Part shown: positions 28,404-36,999 of the stretch, piece by piece
Numbering within the stretch: position 1 is the stretch's first letter
How the letters are laid out: the number at the start of each line of letters is the position of its first letter
Virus record (IMG/VR): IMGVR_UViG_3300042471_000650
Coordinates: 1 to 64,000 of that record
Source of the DNA: a virus
Length of the DNA stretch: 64,000 nucleotides
Reading direction: 5' to 3' (one strand)
Program-made: the position numbers and the translations under genes
Notes under the pieces: model-generated
The model's input: only the letters and a program-made list of their open reading frames with translations
What the model was told of the DNA's origin: nothing
The model's database searches: none

Positions 28404-29746
28404 AGTTCTGCGCTCCATCCTAGATATGCAGCAGTATTTGCTGCAACAGCATAAGTTGAATTACCCGCAGTTAATCCACCTGAAACAGTAAAAGCTGTTT
28501 CTCCGTACCATAATCCAGCTATATTATATGATGGTACGGCAGTGCAAACAATACCCGACCCAACAGAGTTAAAAATTTGATAATGACTTGCAGTTCCACT
28601 TTGTTCTACACTAGTGGGAACAGTTCGCATTTCCACTGGAAAAGGAGTTACTGCAATCGCTCCGTTAGAAGCATATGCAAATCCTGAGGTAGATAATCTA
28701 GAATTTGAGATATCACGTTTTACACGATAGTAATACCGCTGACACAATGCCAGTTCTTGTCCATAACTTCTTCTCTCAAACGGGGTAGCAACGGTTCCTG
28801 CTTCTAGTTGAACTCCAGTGATTTGCCAAGTTCTACCAGCAGTTCCCATAATATTAGTTGTTCCACTTGCTCCTCTATTTGCAGCAGCTCCATTAAACCA
28901 AGTATTGAAAGAAGTGGTGGTTGAAGCTCCACCACCGTCTCCTAAATGCCAATATACTCTCATCCATCCATTGATTCCGTTATCATCAACAATTCCATAA
29001 CTCGTATCACCAACAAAAGTCATAGTTTTATATTCCCAAGTATTAGTTGAGTTAACTGTGTATGTAACATTGTTCCATCTTTCTTGAACACCATCATAAT
29101 GTGTCATATTAACTGTATAAAGACCGGCAACACTCGCCTTTACCCAAAAAGATAACGTAACAGGACTAGCAGATGAAGTTCCCCATTTTAAATCGCTAAC
29201 ATTAAATCCTTCAATTCTTTGATGAAATGCCCCCCAATTAGTTGTGCCTCCAAAAGTTGTAGACCCAGCTGTATATTTTACCGAACTAATAAATCCTACG
29301 GGAGCATCAGCAACTCTTTGTATTGATCCTGCATTTGATGAAACGGATTGTTCAAAAGAAAATCTATCCACTGGAAATGTATTAGAAGATGTGGTGACGT
29401 TAACGCTTGCCCCAGCATTTCTTTGATCAATTCTAAAATCTCCATTAATAATTCTATTCCTTGCACCAGAAAGAGGACCGTCATTTACTGAACCAATATA
29501 AGCAGTAGTAATACCAGCTGTTGTTACACCTACAATACTTGTTGCTCTTAAAGTTGTAACAGTAGAAACTCCACTACTATTAACGTTGCCATTAACATTA
29601 CCAGTTACATTCCCAACAAACCCACTCGCAGTAACAATACCAGTTGCATTTAAGTTCGTTACAGCAGACAATTCGGCACCACTGACGGTCAAGGCACCAT
29701 CAATCGCTGTAATAGTATCAGTATTTCCGTTTATCTGAATACCCAT
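28400..29746 (-). CDS. Tail fibre / receptor-binding-like protein
   Basis: GIVTA repeats, RNRIINGDFRIDQR and VQLEAGTVATPFERR..ELALCQRYY motifs; TATAAATA upstream at about 29768. Confidence 0.75.
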   Translation of the reverse strand: MGIQINGNTDTITAIDGALTVSGAELSAVTNLNATGIVTASGFVGNVTGNVNGNVNSSGVSTVTTLRATSIVGVTTAGITTAYIGSVNDGPLSGARNRIINGDFRIDQRNAGASVNVTTSSNTFPVDRFSFEQSVSSNAGSIQRVADAPVGFISSVKYTAGSTTFGGTTNWGAFHQRIEGFNVSDLKWGTSSASPVTLSFWVKASVAGLYTVNMTHYDGVQERWNNVTYTVNSTNTWEYKTMTFVGDTSYGIVDDNGINGWMRVYWHLGDGGGASTTTSFNTWFNGAAANRGASGTTNIMGTAGRTWQITGVQLEAGTVATPFERRSYGQELALCQRYYYRVKRDISNSRLSTSGFAYASNGAIAVTPFPVEMRTVPTSVEQSGTASHYQIFNSVGSGIVCTAVPSYNIAGLWYGETAFTVSGGLTAGNSTYAVAANTAAYLGWSAEL

Positions 29747-29778
29747 TAGTCTCAAAGACTTTTCTGGTATTTATAAAG

Positions 29779-29861
29779 CGGAGAGAACAGGAATCGAACC
29801 TGCGAAGCTTTTACACCCAGCCGCTTTCAAGGCGGTGTCCTCGACCAACCGGACTCTCTCC
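29779..29861 (-). tRNA. tRNA-Ser(UGA)
   Basis: GGAGAGA acceptor stem, CT-TGA-AA loop, long variable arm. Confidence 0.9.
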
Positions 29862-29899
29862 ATATGTTATAATATACTATATGTATTTGATTTTGTCAA

Positions 29900-30508
29900 G
29901 TGTTTATCAAACCATCACAAAAAAGAATTGAATTTGAAAGACTTCTGCACGAACTTGGATATAAGGACCGACTACCAGTCTATCCAAAAGAAGATAAAAG
30001 ATATCAACAAGTCAATTTCAAGTGCTCTGATGGAGCAATGGCAATTTACACATTCATCATACTCTATCAAACTAAAAAAAGTTATTTGTATTTAGAGTTT
30101 AAAGACCATTATAATTCACCAAATCTGAAAGAAAAAATTCAATCCCTTGCAGAAAAGATTCACTTTCACGAAAAAACCAGAGTTGCTGAAGTTGGTTGGG
30201 AAGTCAAGTATACAAAGCAACCAGATGAGTTTTCATTAGAAGAAAGAAAACAAATCTTCTATCACTTTATGAAATACACATATCAAAATCTTGAAGAAGG
30301 TATGGTAAATCTTTCCCCAAGACCTGGTGATATTTTAGCAGCAAAACCTCACGGTCCAAAAATCAATGAAGGGTTTACAGAGTCTTCATTAGTAATTGGA
30401 AAGCACCAGAGGTCTTTGGTTGCTCGTAAATTTGGATTTGGTGAATTACAAGAAGATGGATTCCAATACGCTCGTTATGATGAAAACTGCGTATTGAAAC
30501 CTATCTGA
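29900..30508 (+). CDS. Hypothetical protein on the opposite strand
   Basis: 202 aa ORF filling a gap with no minus-strand gene. Confidence 0.7.
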   Translation: MFIKPSQKRIEFERLLHELGYKDRLPVYPKEDKRYQQVNFKCSDGAMAIYTFIILYQTKKSYLYLEFKDHYNSPNLKEKIQSLAEKIHFHEKTRVAEVGWEVKYTKQPDEFSLEERKQIFYHFMKYTYQNLEEGMVNLSPRPGDILAAKPHGPKINEGFTESSLVIGKHQRSLVARKFGFGELQEDGFQYARYDENCVLKPI

Positions 30509-30758
30509 CTTCAAAATCAAGTCGTCTTACTTTACGCTGCCTTCTTTCTTCTTGCCACATAATATCAGCATTTGACAAAACATTATTTTTTTGTTTTGCT
30601 TGTGGAGAATTAATCATCACCACTTGCCCTAAATCAAGTGCCGTAATGACACCATTACGAATCGTTGCCATATTTGGACAACCACAAGATACTGACTTTC
30701 CAGAGACGCCTTCTAACTCCTTACCACAGGAGCGGCATCTGATTTTAATGTTTTCCAT
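30501..30758 (-). CDS. Small Cys-rich protein
   Basis: CRSC...CGC motif. Confidence 0.65.
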   Translation of the reverse strand: MENIKIRCRSCGKELEGVSGKSVSCGCPNMATIRNGVITALDLGQVVMINSPQAKQKNNVLSNADIMWQEERRQRKVRRLDFEVR

Positions 30759-30764
30759 TTAATT

Positions 30765-31199
30765 TCATTCAGTAAAAGATCTTAACATCCAAATAAACTT
30801 TCCGTGTGCTTCATTTAAGTCATCAACAAGATTTGTAGTGCCTCTTGATTTTTGCGATTCTGCTTCTTCTGCAACCTGCCCCAAAAGATCTACAATTTGC
30901 TGATTACACTTAATGAGGTCATTCACCATACCCATTGCATTCAAAGAACTATCTGCTTCTTCAACTTGAGAAACTTCAGTAATTCTTGTGAGAGTGCTAA
31001 CTGGTTTAACTTTAAGAAACCTCATATGCTCGGTGAGACGGTCAATCTCTTCGAACATTTCCTCATATTGTTCACCAAAAACTTTATGGAATTGGTAAAA
31101 GTCTGTCCCTACCACATTCCAGTGATAAACCCAGGTCTTTTGAAACAATACAAAAAGACTTGCTTGAGTATCAGAAAGTAATTTATATAACTTTTCCAT
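30765..31199 (-). CDS. dps: Dps-family ferritin-like protein
   Basis: YHWNVVG..FYQFHKVF...EEIDRLTE and KFIWML motifs; TATAAATA upstream. Confidence 0.9.
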   Translation of the reverse strand: MEKLYKLLSDTQASLFVLFQKTWVYHWNVVGTDFYQFHKVFGEQYEEMFEEIDRLTEHMRFLKVKPVSTLTRITEVSQVEEADSSLNAMGMVNDLIKCNQQIVDLLGQVAEEAESQKSRGTTNLVDDLNEAHGKFIWMLRSFTE

Positions 31200-31225
31200 T
31201 ATACCAGTTTTTTAGGTATTTATAA

Positions 31226-31297
31226 TGGGCGGTGAGGGATTCGAACCCCCGTCCCTTTCGGTGTAAACGAAACGCGCTACCACTGTGCCAACCGCCC
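31226..31297 (-). tRNA. tRNA-Val(UAC)
   Basis: Anticodon arm TTTCG-TT-TAC-AC-CGAAA. Confidence 0.9.
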
Positions 31298-31305
31298 ATA
31301 AAAAG

Positions 31306-31470
31306 TCAAGACTGACTTAACATATATTCTACTGTATTTGCAATATCATTCATAGCATCACGAAGATTTTCTCTTTGACCCGACTCTTGTTTAATGATTG
31401 GACGAAAATCCTGAACAAGAGTCCAACGCCAAAGATTCATATCTTTACAGTGCCAGAGATTAATTTTCAT
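31306..31470 (-). CDS. Small hypothetical protein (54 aa)
   Basis: MKINLWHCKDMNLWRWTLVQD... Confidence 0.55.
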   Translation of the reverse strand: MKINLWHCKDMNLWRWTLVQDFRPIIKQESGQRENLRDAMNDIANTVEYMLSQS

Positions 31471-31618
31471 TTTTAAAGTGCTCTAGTTCAATCCAGCGAA
31501 GAAGAGTATTAAACGCTGTAATAGATGCTTGAGTGCAATTATCTTCTTCTAATTTACGAATATAATACTCAAGTGCTTCAATGACCATTTCACGGTCCAT
31601 TTGAGAAATGAGAGACAT
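31460..31618 (-). CDS. Small hypothetical protein (52 aa)
   Basis: MSLISQMDREMVIEALEYY...; GGAGG RBS and TTGACA..TATAAT upstream. Confidence 0.6.
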   Translation of the reverse strand: MSLISQMDREMVIEALEYYIRKLEEDNCTQASITAFNTLLRWIELEHFKNEN

Positions 31619-31685
31619 AAACCTCCTGACTCGATACTTATTATACTAAAGGGGGGAGTCTTTGTCAACCCCCCCCCTATGTATA

Positions 31686-32654
31686 TTACTGACCGATACG
31701 ATTTACAGCAAGTCGTGAGCGATTCAAAATGCTTCCAGAAAGAGGCACATAACCCAAGTCATCAGCAATTCCTTGTGCCTTACCACTCAAAGCATAATTG
31801 ATGGCAGCACGAATATCACTTGCTTTAGCACCATTACCATTCTTATAAGCAAGAATCCAAGTCAAAGTAGAAATTGGATAAGCATTTACACCAGCAGGAT
31901 TTGGGTCTTCACCAGCAAGAGTTACAGGATCAAGTTTGATGTTATTCAATGCTGCAGCACCAGACTTTGCGGTAGGAAGAACAAACTTACCTGCCTTATT
32001 CTGAATTGCTGCTGCCTGAAGACGATTTGCCTTCACAAATCCAGTATTCACATAACCAATAGCACCAGGAGTTTGTCGGATGTTTCCAGCAACACCTTCG
32101 TTACCTTTTCCACCAACACCAACAGTCCACTTGACTGCCTTACCTACACCAGGACCCCAACCACCAAAAGCATCCAGAGAATTAGTGAATGCAAAAGTAG
32201 TTCCAGACCCATCAGAACGATATACGACCCTCATCGGACCTGCAGCACAACCGACTTGTTTCCAGTCCTTAATACGACCAGAGAAAATGTCAACGGTTTG
32301 TTTTTGAGTCAGTTTCAGATTACAACCAGGTTTGTTATAGGCAACTGCAATAGTGCCACCAACCATAGGAATCTGAACGACACCGCGCTTGACCTTTGCT
32401 GCTTCTGATGCCTTGATAGGTTCATCAGAGGCACCAAAGTCAACAGTTCCTGCAATATATTGACGGACACCAGCACCAGAACCAACTGACTGATAATTTA
32501 CACGATTACCAGTTTGTTGAGAATAATCTTGGAACCAACGTTGATAGATGGGTGCAGGGAAAGTTGCACCAGCACCATTCAGAGCAGGTCCAGCAAGTGC
32601 AGCAAAAGGAGTGGCAATAAGACTTGCTGCAAAAATTTTAGTAGCGAGTTTCAT
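31686..32654 (-). CDS. pstS: Phosphate-binding protein
   Basis: Signal peptide; GAGATFPAP, YQSVGSGAG, DFGASD and RSDGSGTT motifs. Confidence 0.96.
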   Translation of the reverse strand: MKLATKIFAASLIATPFAALAGPALNGAGATFPAPIYQRWFQDYSQQTGNRVNYQSVGSGAGVRQYIAGTVDFGASDEPIKASEAAKVKRGVVQIPMVGGTIAVAYNKPGCNLKLTQKQTVDIFSGRIKDWKQVGCAAGPMRVVYRSDGSGTTFAFTNSLDAFGGWGPGVGKAVKWTVGVGGKGNEGVAGNIRQTPGAIGYVNTGFVKANRLQAAAIQNKAGKFVLPTAKSGAAALNNIKLDPVTLAGEDPNPAGVNAYPISTLTWILAYKNGNGAKASDIRAAINYALSGKAQGIADDLGYVPLSGSILNRSRLAVNRIGQ

Positions 32655-32677
32655 AAAAATTGATAGACTACGAAAGA

Positions 32678-32717
32678 ATTATAGTATATGAAAGTTAAAG
32701 GATAGTTAAGTGTTAAG
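32678..32717 (-). promoter_or_regulatory. Putative pho box plus -10 element for pstS
   Basis: CTTAACTA-N3-TTTAACTT (11-bp period), then TATAAT. Confidence 0.65.
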
Positions 32718-32723
32718 GAATCA

Positions 32724-32752
32724 TAAAAAACCACCCCAGAAAGGGGTGGTTC
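32724..32752 (-). terminator. Intrinsic terminator between the porin gene and pstS
   Basis: AACCACCCC-tttct-GGGGTGGTT followed by a U-run. Confidence 0.8.
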
Positions 32753-32774
32753 CACTCAAGATGTGAGTAGTTTA

Positions 32775-34253
32775 TCAGAAGGTGAATTTCGTCTGAATCA
32801 CACCACCAACATTGCTGGAAGCACCAGAGAATGCTTGGTTGTTGGAGACATAGAACAGTGCAGGAGTGACACTGATATTATCACTTACGCGATAACGATA
32901 GAACACTTCCCACATCGTTGCGTTTGCAGGGAGTCCTTGAGCATTTCCAGGTTGACCCACAGCAACACCAGCGGCATTACCCTTTGCAAAGACATCGCTC
33001 CACTGAAGACCTGCCATCCAAGTTTGGGAGTTGGTTGCGTTAGAAGGAGTCGAAGGACCAGCAACATAGTTCCAACCATAAGCAGCAGAAACAGAAGGAA
33101 CCCAACCACTCTGCAGAGGTTGCCAGTAAGCATTCAGAGCATAACCGTTAGAACCTTGATTTGAACCCAAAGTTCCAGAAGCACCATTCAGACCATTAAA
33201 GGTGCGAATACGAGTGCCTTGAGTGCCGTAACGATAACCGAAAGCAACACCCCAGTTAGGAGCACGATATCCAACTTGAGCAAGAGTATTCAGACCACCG
33301 GTGGAGTTGAATACGCCAGTTGAACTGTTATCACCGTCTTGTGCAACATAGTTGATACCCGCAACGATTCCACCCTTCTTACCAGGTTGAACATACTGAA
33401 TACCAAAACCTTGACCAGTTGCCTTGTTGTAGACACCAGGAGCACCAGCAACAGCAAAGAAGTCAAGAATATCCGACTTATAAGCAGTAGGAATCCACGC
33501 CATTTCGGTGTTACGAACCAGAGCACCAGCAGTCAGAGTTACACCTTTAGCAAGTGCAGGGAAACTGTAATACAGACGGTCAATAATTACACCATCAGCA
33601 GTGGTTTCTGCTTTGTCCAGTTTGAAGAGTGAAGACGAAGAACCGAAAGGTTGAGCACTGAAGTTACCACTACGCAGACGAGTGCGAAGCAGATCCTTAC
33701 CAGTGAACGATGTATCAAAGTTCAAACGAAGATCATAGTTGAAAGCAGTGTTTCCAACTTGAGTTCCGTTACGAAGATTTGCACCATTGACACCACCAAG
33801 AATGAAGTTTGCTTCACCCTTGAGTTTGGTAGTAGTAGAAAACTGCTGTGCTTCCAGAACACCAACTTTCTTTTCCAGACCATCAACACGACCACGAAGG
33901 ACAGCAAGTTCCGATTGGAATTCTGCCAGAAGACGCTTCAGTTCGTCAGTGGTTTCTGAAACACGGTCAAGGCAAGCATTCAGAAGTGCTGCTGCCTCAA
34001 AACGAGTCATTGCCTTTCCACCAACAAAGGTTCCGTTAGGGTAACCAGCAACACACCCATAACGCTCTACAAGGTTAGAAAGTGCCTGATATGCCCAATC
34101 AGTAGGTTGGACATCAGAGAATTGTGAAACACTTGTAACCTGACTCTCGGAGTATTGATTGACTGCCACCATATTCAGATCTGCGGCATTCGCAGCAACA
34201 GGAGCAACCATTCCCAGAGCAACAGGTGCAAGCATCAGTTGATTGAGTTTCAT
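32775..34253 (-). CDS. Cyanobacterial outer-membrane porin (Som-type: SLH domain + OprB-like barrel)
   Basis: FSDVQPTDWAYQAL..LVERYGC.AGYP SLH motif, coiled coil, FSTTTKL and a terminal Phe. Confidence 0.93.
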   Translation of the reverse strand: MKLNQLMLAPVALGMVAPVAANAADLNMVAVNQYSESQVTSVSQFSDVQPTDWAYQALSNLVERYGCVAGYPNGTFVGGKAMTRFEAAALLNACLDRVSETTDELKRLLAEFQSELAVLRGRVDGLEKKVGVLEAQQFSTTTKLKGEANFILGGVNGANLRNGTQVGNTAFNYDLRLNFDTSFTGKDLLRTRLRSGNFSAQPFGSSSSLFKLDKAETTADGVIIDRLYYSFPALAKGVTLTAGALVRNTEMAWIPTAYKSDILDFFAVAGAPGVYNKATGQGFGIQYVQPGKKGGIVAGINYVAQDGDNSSTGVFNSTGGLNTLAQVGYRAPNWGVAFGYRYGTQGTRIRTFNGLNGASGTLGSNQGSNGYALNAYWQPLQSGWVPSVSAAYGWNYVAGPSTPSNATNSQTWMAGLQWSDVFAKGNAAGVAVGQPGNAQGLPANATMWEVFYRYRVSDNISVTPALFYVSNNQAFSGASSNVGGVIQTKFTF

Positions 34254-34386
34254 AAAAAATTTGTTTTTAGTACTAAACGACATATTGTGTGTTGTGCAAG
34301 TAGTTGAGGCACAATCACTTCACGGTATTTATCTTAACATTTTCTTTGGGATCAGTCAAGCCCTTTCGGTATTTACGATTCTTATA

Positions 34387-34458
34387 AGCGGATTAGGGGA
34401 TTCGAACCCCTGACGAACTGCTTGGAAGGCAGCCATTCTACCACTGAATTAAATCCGC
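34387..34458 (-). tRNA. tRNA-Gly(UCC)
   Basis: CTGC-CT-TCC-AA-GCAG anticodon arm. Confidence 0.9.
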
Positions 34459-34534
34459 AGATGTGGGAGATTGCTCTCCCAGCACACTTCCTTCACACAA
34501 GGATAATATAAGACATAATGAGTATTATGTCAAG

Positions 34535-34606
34535 AGCCCCCGATCTGATTTGAACAGACGGCCGGCGGTTTACAAAACCGCTGCTCTACCACTGAGCTAC
34601 AAGGGC
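34535..34606 (-). tRNA. tRNA-Thr(UGU)
   Basis: GCGGT-TT-TGT-AA-ACCGC; TTCAAAT T-loop. Confidence 0.88.
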
Positions 34607-34609
34607 AAA

Positions 34610-34731
34610 TAGGTATCGAGTGCCCGACACCCGCAGAAGACACTTTCTGCAACTAGCGGGGGTGATCAAGTCCCCGACCTAATAAAAGTTAGGATTTAGC
34701 AAGGAAGACCCAGACATTTCCAGACCTTCCA
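34610..34731 (-). ncRNA. Candidate multi-hairpin ncRNA between tRNA-Asn and tRNA-Thr
   Basis: Five consecutive hairpins, GC-rich, no ORF. Confidence 0.5.
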
Positions 34732-34732
34732 A

Positions 34733-34805
34733 CTCCCCCACCTCGACTCGAACGAGGAACATCAAAGTTAACAGCTTTGCGCTCTGCCAATTGAGCTATA
34801 AGGGA
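34733..34805 (-). tRNA. tRNA-Asn(GUU)
   Basis: CAAAG-CT-GTT-AA-CTTTG. Confidence 0.9.
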
Positions 34806-34826
34806 TTATTTTTTCCCTTTCGGGAA

Positions 34827-34899
34827 TGGAGAATAGGAGACTCGAACTCCTCACCCCCGCCGTGCAAAAGCGGTGCTCTACCAAATGAGCTAATTCCCC
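34827..34899 (-). tRNA. tRNA-Ala(UGC)
   Basis: CCGCT-TT-TGC-AC-GGCGG; G3:U70 pair. Confidence 0.9.
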
Positions 34900-34992
34900 A
34901 GAAGGGTTAAGTGTGGTATGCCTCAAGGACATATCAGGGACTTAACCTCTGTCTTTTATATATTAGGGTATTTTCAAAAATTTGTCAACCCC

Positions 34993-35463
34993 CTACTGAA
35001 ACAAATAGTCCTTCCATTCAGAAACTTTTGTTTTCTGAATATCAAGTATCACTCTACTAATTGGTGCTTGTGGAATACTCTTTAAGACCATATTAGTCTC
35101 TTTAAGAAGTTTATTTCCTTTTTTAAGATTACAAGATGTGCAACAAGCAACTAAATTATCCCAAGTATCTTGACCACCCTTTGAGCGGGGAATTATGTGG
35201 TCAATTGTAAGGTCATTTTTAGACCCACAATACTGACACTCATAATCATCCCGTTTATATATCAGTGCTCTCGTTGGGTAATCTGATCTTCCATAGGAAA
35301 ATGGAATTCTCACATAATTGACCAAACGAATAATTCTTTTTGTAATAAGTTTTGCTTTCTGTTTAAAAAGTAAAACAATTGCACGTTTCCAATTAGTGAA
35401 GTGTAGTGGCTCGTAAGAACTATTCAGAACCAGTATAGTTGAGTATGGTTCTACTAATTCCAT
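34993..35463 (-). CDS. HNH endonuclease within the tRNA cluster
   Basis: LVLNSSYEPL and RDDYECQYCG..LTIDHIIPRSKGG..TWDNLVACC..CNLKKG motifs. Confidence 0.88.
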   Translation of the reverse strand: MELVEPYSTILVLNSSYEPLHFTNWKRAIVLLFKQKAKLITKRIIRLVNYVRIPFSYGRSDYPTRALIYKRDDYECQYCGSKNDLTIDHIIPRSKGGQDTWDNLVACCTSCNLKKGNKLLKETNMVLKSIPQAPISRVILDIQKTKVSEWKDYLFQ

Positions 35464-35515
35464 TTTCCTATCACACCTCTTGTTTCTATTTAGATGGCAC
35501 TTTTTAAAGGTTAAA

Positions 35516-35589
35516 CGTCTTGGGAGGGACTCGAACCCCCGACCAATTCATTAGAAGTGAATGGCTCTATCCATCTGAGCTACCAAGAC
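35516..35589 (-). tRNA. tRNA-Arg(UCU)
   Basis: ATTCA-CT-TCT-AA-TGAAT. Confidence 0.9.
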
Positions 35590-35592
35590 ATA

Positions 35593-35661
35593 AAGTAGGT
35601 TCCTATCGCCGCCATTCCTGAACCTACTGAAGGGGAATGTCGCAGTTGATCTCTCAACCCC
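35593..35661 (-). ncRNA. Candidate H-type pseudoknot leader of tRNA-Arg
   Basis: Interleaved stems CAUUCC/GGAAUG and AGUAGGUUC/GAACCUACU. Confidence 0.55.
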
Positions 35662-35664
35662 CAT

Positions 35665-35693
35665 ATTATAAGGTATTGAGAGTCGCTCGTCAA
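35665..35693 (-). promoter_or_regulatory. Sigma70-type promoter
   Basis: TTGACG-N17-TATAAT. Confidence 0.75.
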
Positions 35694-35878
35694 GCCTTTG
35701 CTTCCTTACGGGCGTTCTTTTCTTCAGTGATTTCGGTTCTACGGGTCTTGACCAGTTTGGCGACTTCCTGAAGTGCTTTACGAGCACGGGTGCCTGCTGC
35801 ATTGTTTCCAGCAGCAAACTTTTCATCTTCTACTTTCCAAGCTTCAACAGCATTCAGTAGTTCTTGTGATACAGACAT
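35690..35878 (-). CDS. Histone H1-like (Hc1-family) small basic protein
   Basis: GNNAAGTRARKALQEVAKL motif; GGAG RBS. Confidence 0.7.
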   Translation of the reverse strand: MSVSQELLNAVEAWKVEDEKFAAGNNAAGTRARKALQEVAKLVKTRRTEITEEKNARKEAKA

Positions 35879-35911
35879 AATCATCTCCAAAAATAAGGTA
35901 TGTTTATATAG

Positions 35912-36319
35912 TTAATTTTTAGGGCAATCTTCAACCCAAGAAGCACAGATTCTCATTTCTCCACCCAAAAGTTTTGATTCTCCTGTTTGAAGAGTTGGAT
36001 CAATTGGTTTTTCGGAATATCTTGGTCGATACTTTTGATCCGCTTCTCTAATAATTCTACCATACTCTGGTGTTACATCACGAATTGCTCTGTCTACATC
36101 TCTTACAATTCTACGATTCAGTTTTTCAGGATCTTTAAGTATAAACTCATTAAGGATAGTTTGTGGGAAATATTTTCTTTGAATTTCGTCCAGTAAGTCC
36201 CAAAGTCCATTTTTAGATACTCCAGTGCATTGTGAGAGTGCTGCAATAATAGAAGATAATACAATTCCTATAATTGCATATTGTTTTATATCTGGTTTCT
36301 TTTTACCAAACTTAAACAT
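35912..36319 (-). CDS. Membrane-anchored hypothetical protein
   Basis: Basic N-terminus, TM segment, then a Cys. Confidence 0.6.
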   Translation of the reverse strand: MFKFGKKKPDIKQYAIIGIVLSSIIAALSQCTGVSKNGLWDLLDEIQRKYFPQTILNEFILKDPEKLNRRIVRDVDRAIRDVTPEYGRIIREADQKYRPRYSEKPIDPTLQTGESKLLGGEMRICASWVEDCPKN

Positions 36320-36351
36320 AAGAAAGGGGAGCATTAAACTCCCCTTATATA

Positions 36352-36999
36352 TTAAACTTCTACCTTGATCAGACGGGATGCATAATCATAAGCATAAGAT
36401 GTACGAGCACCATGATGCCCCCATCCAATCCAACTATACGCATAGTCCATATAACGATTGATAGACTTACCAGGAGTTTTCATCCTACTTTCAATCTCTT
36501 TCCATTGGACTTCATTCGTAAGATAACGAAGTTGCGTGTGAAGTGCTGATGGTGAACCACCAAACCTCTTTGCAAAATCACCCAATCCATAATAACGATT
36601 GGCAGATGTCCATTGAATCAGTCCGTAACCGCCACCGCAGTTACTCCAACTGGTTCTGCTACCACCTTCACAAATGTTAGGAATAAAAGTTGATTCCTGA
36701 CGAATATTGCCCATAATGGTAGCAAGGGCGTTTCTGTCTTTAATACCACGTTCCTGGAAGTATGCCAGGGTAGCATTCTCATGTTCATTACACCCTTTAC
36801 AAATTAACCTTGTCTCTTTAGGTTTTTCGGGAGCAACCTCGCGGATTGCTGTCTTTGATGTAGGCTCCTCTTGAACAATTGCGAAGGGTGGTTTTGGAGG
36901 ACCACTCACAGGTGGAGGAGGAAACACTGAAGGCAGTGATGCCGTTGTGGTTGTAACCGTTGCCAGAAGAGGCAGGGTTACTGTAAAGAAATTTTGCAT
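36352..36999 (-). CDS. Secreted phage-tail-lysozyme-like muramidase
   Basis: Signal-like N-terminus, Pro linker, IMGNIRQES and GYGLIQWT motifs. Confidence 0.8.
   Translation of the reverse strand: MQNFFTVTLPLLATVTTTTASLPSVFPPPPVSGPPKPPFAIVQEEPTSKTAIREVAPEKPKETRLICKGCNEHENATLAYFQERGIKDRNALATIMGNIRQESTFIPNICEGGSRTSWSNCGGGYGLIQWTSANRYYGLGDFAKRFGGSPSALHTQLRYLTNEVQWKEIESRMKTPGKSINRYMDYAYSWIGWGHHGARTSYAYDYASRLIKVEV

Noticed and set aside
29779-29861. TGA-anticodon tRNA as tRNA-Sec
   Set aside because: Anticodon UGA reads UCA (Ser); Sec needs anticodon UCA and a longer acceptor stem.
31773-34044. Long plus-strand ORFs opposite pstS and the porin gene
   Set aside because: Antisense shadows of strongly biased coding sequence, with no recognisable motifs. 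The same applies to most other nested ORFs in the track.
35551-35826. 91 aa ORF (likewise 27126-27380, 29835-30095 and 51640-51852)
   Set aside because: These run through tRNA genes or real CDSs and are spurious.
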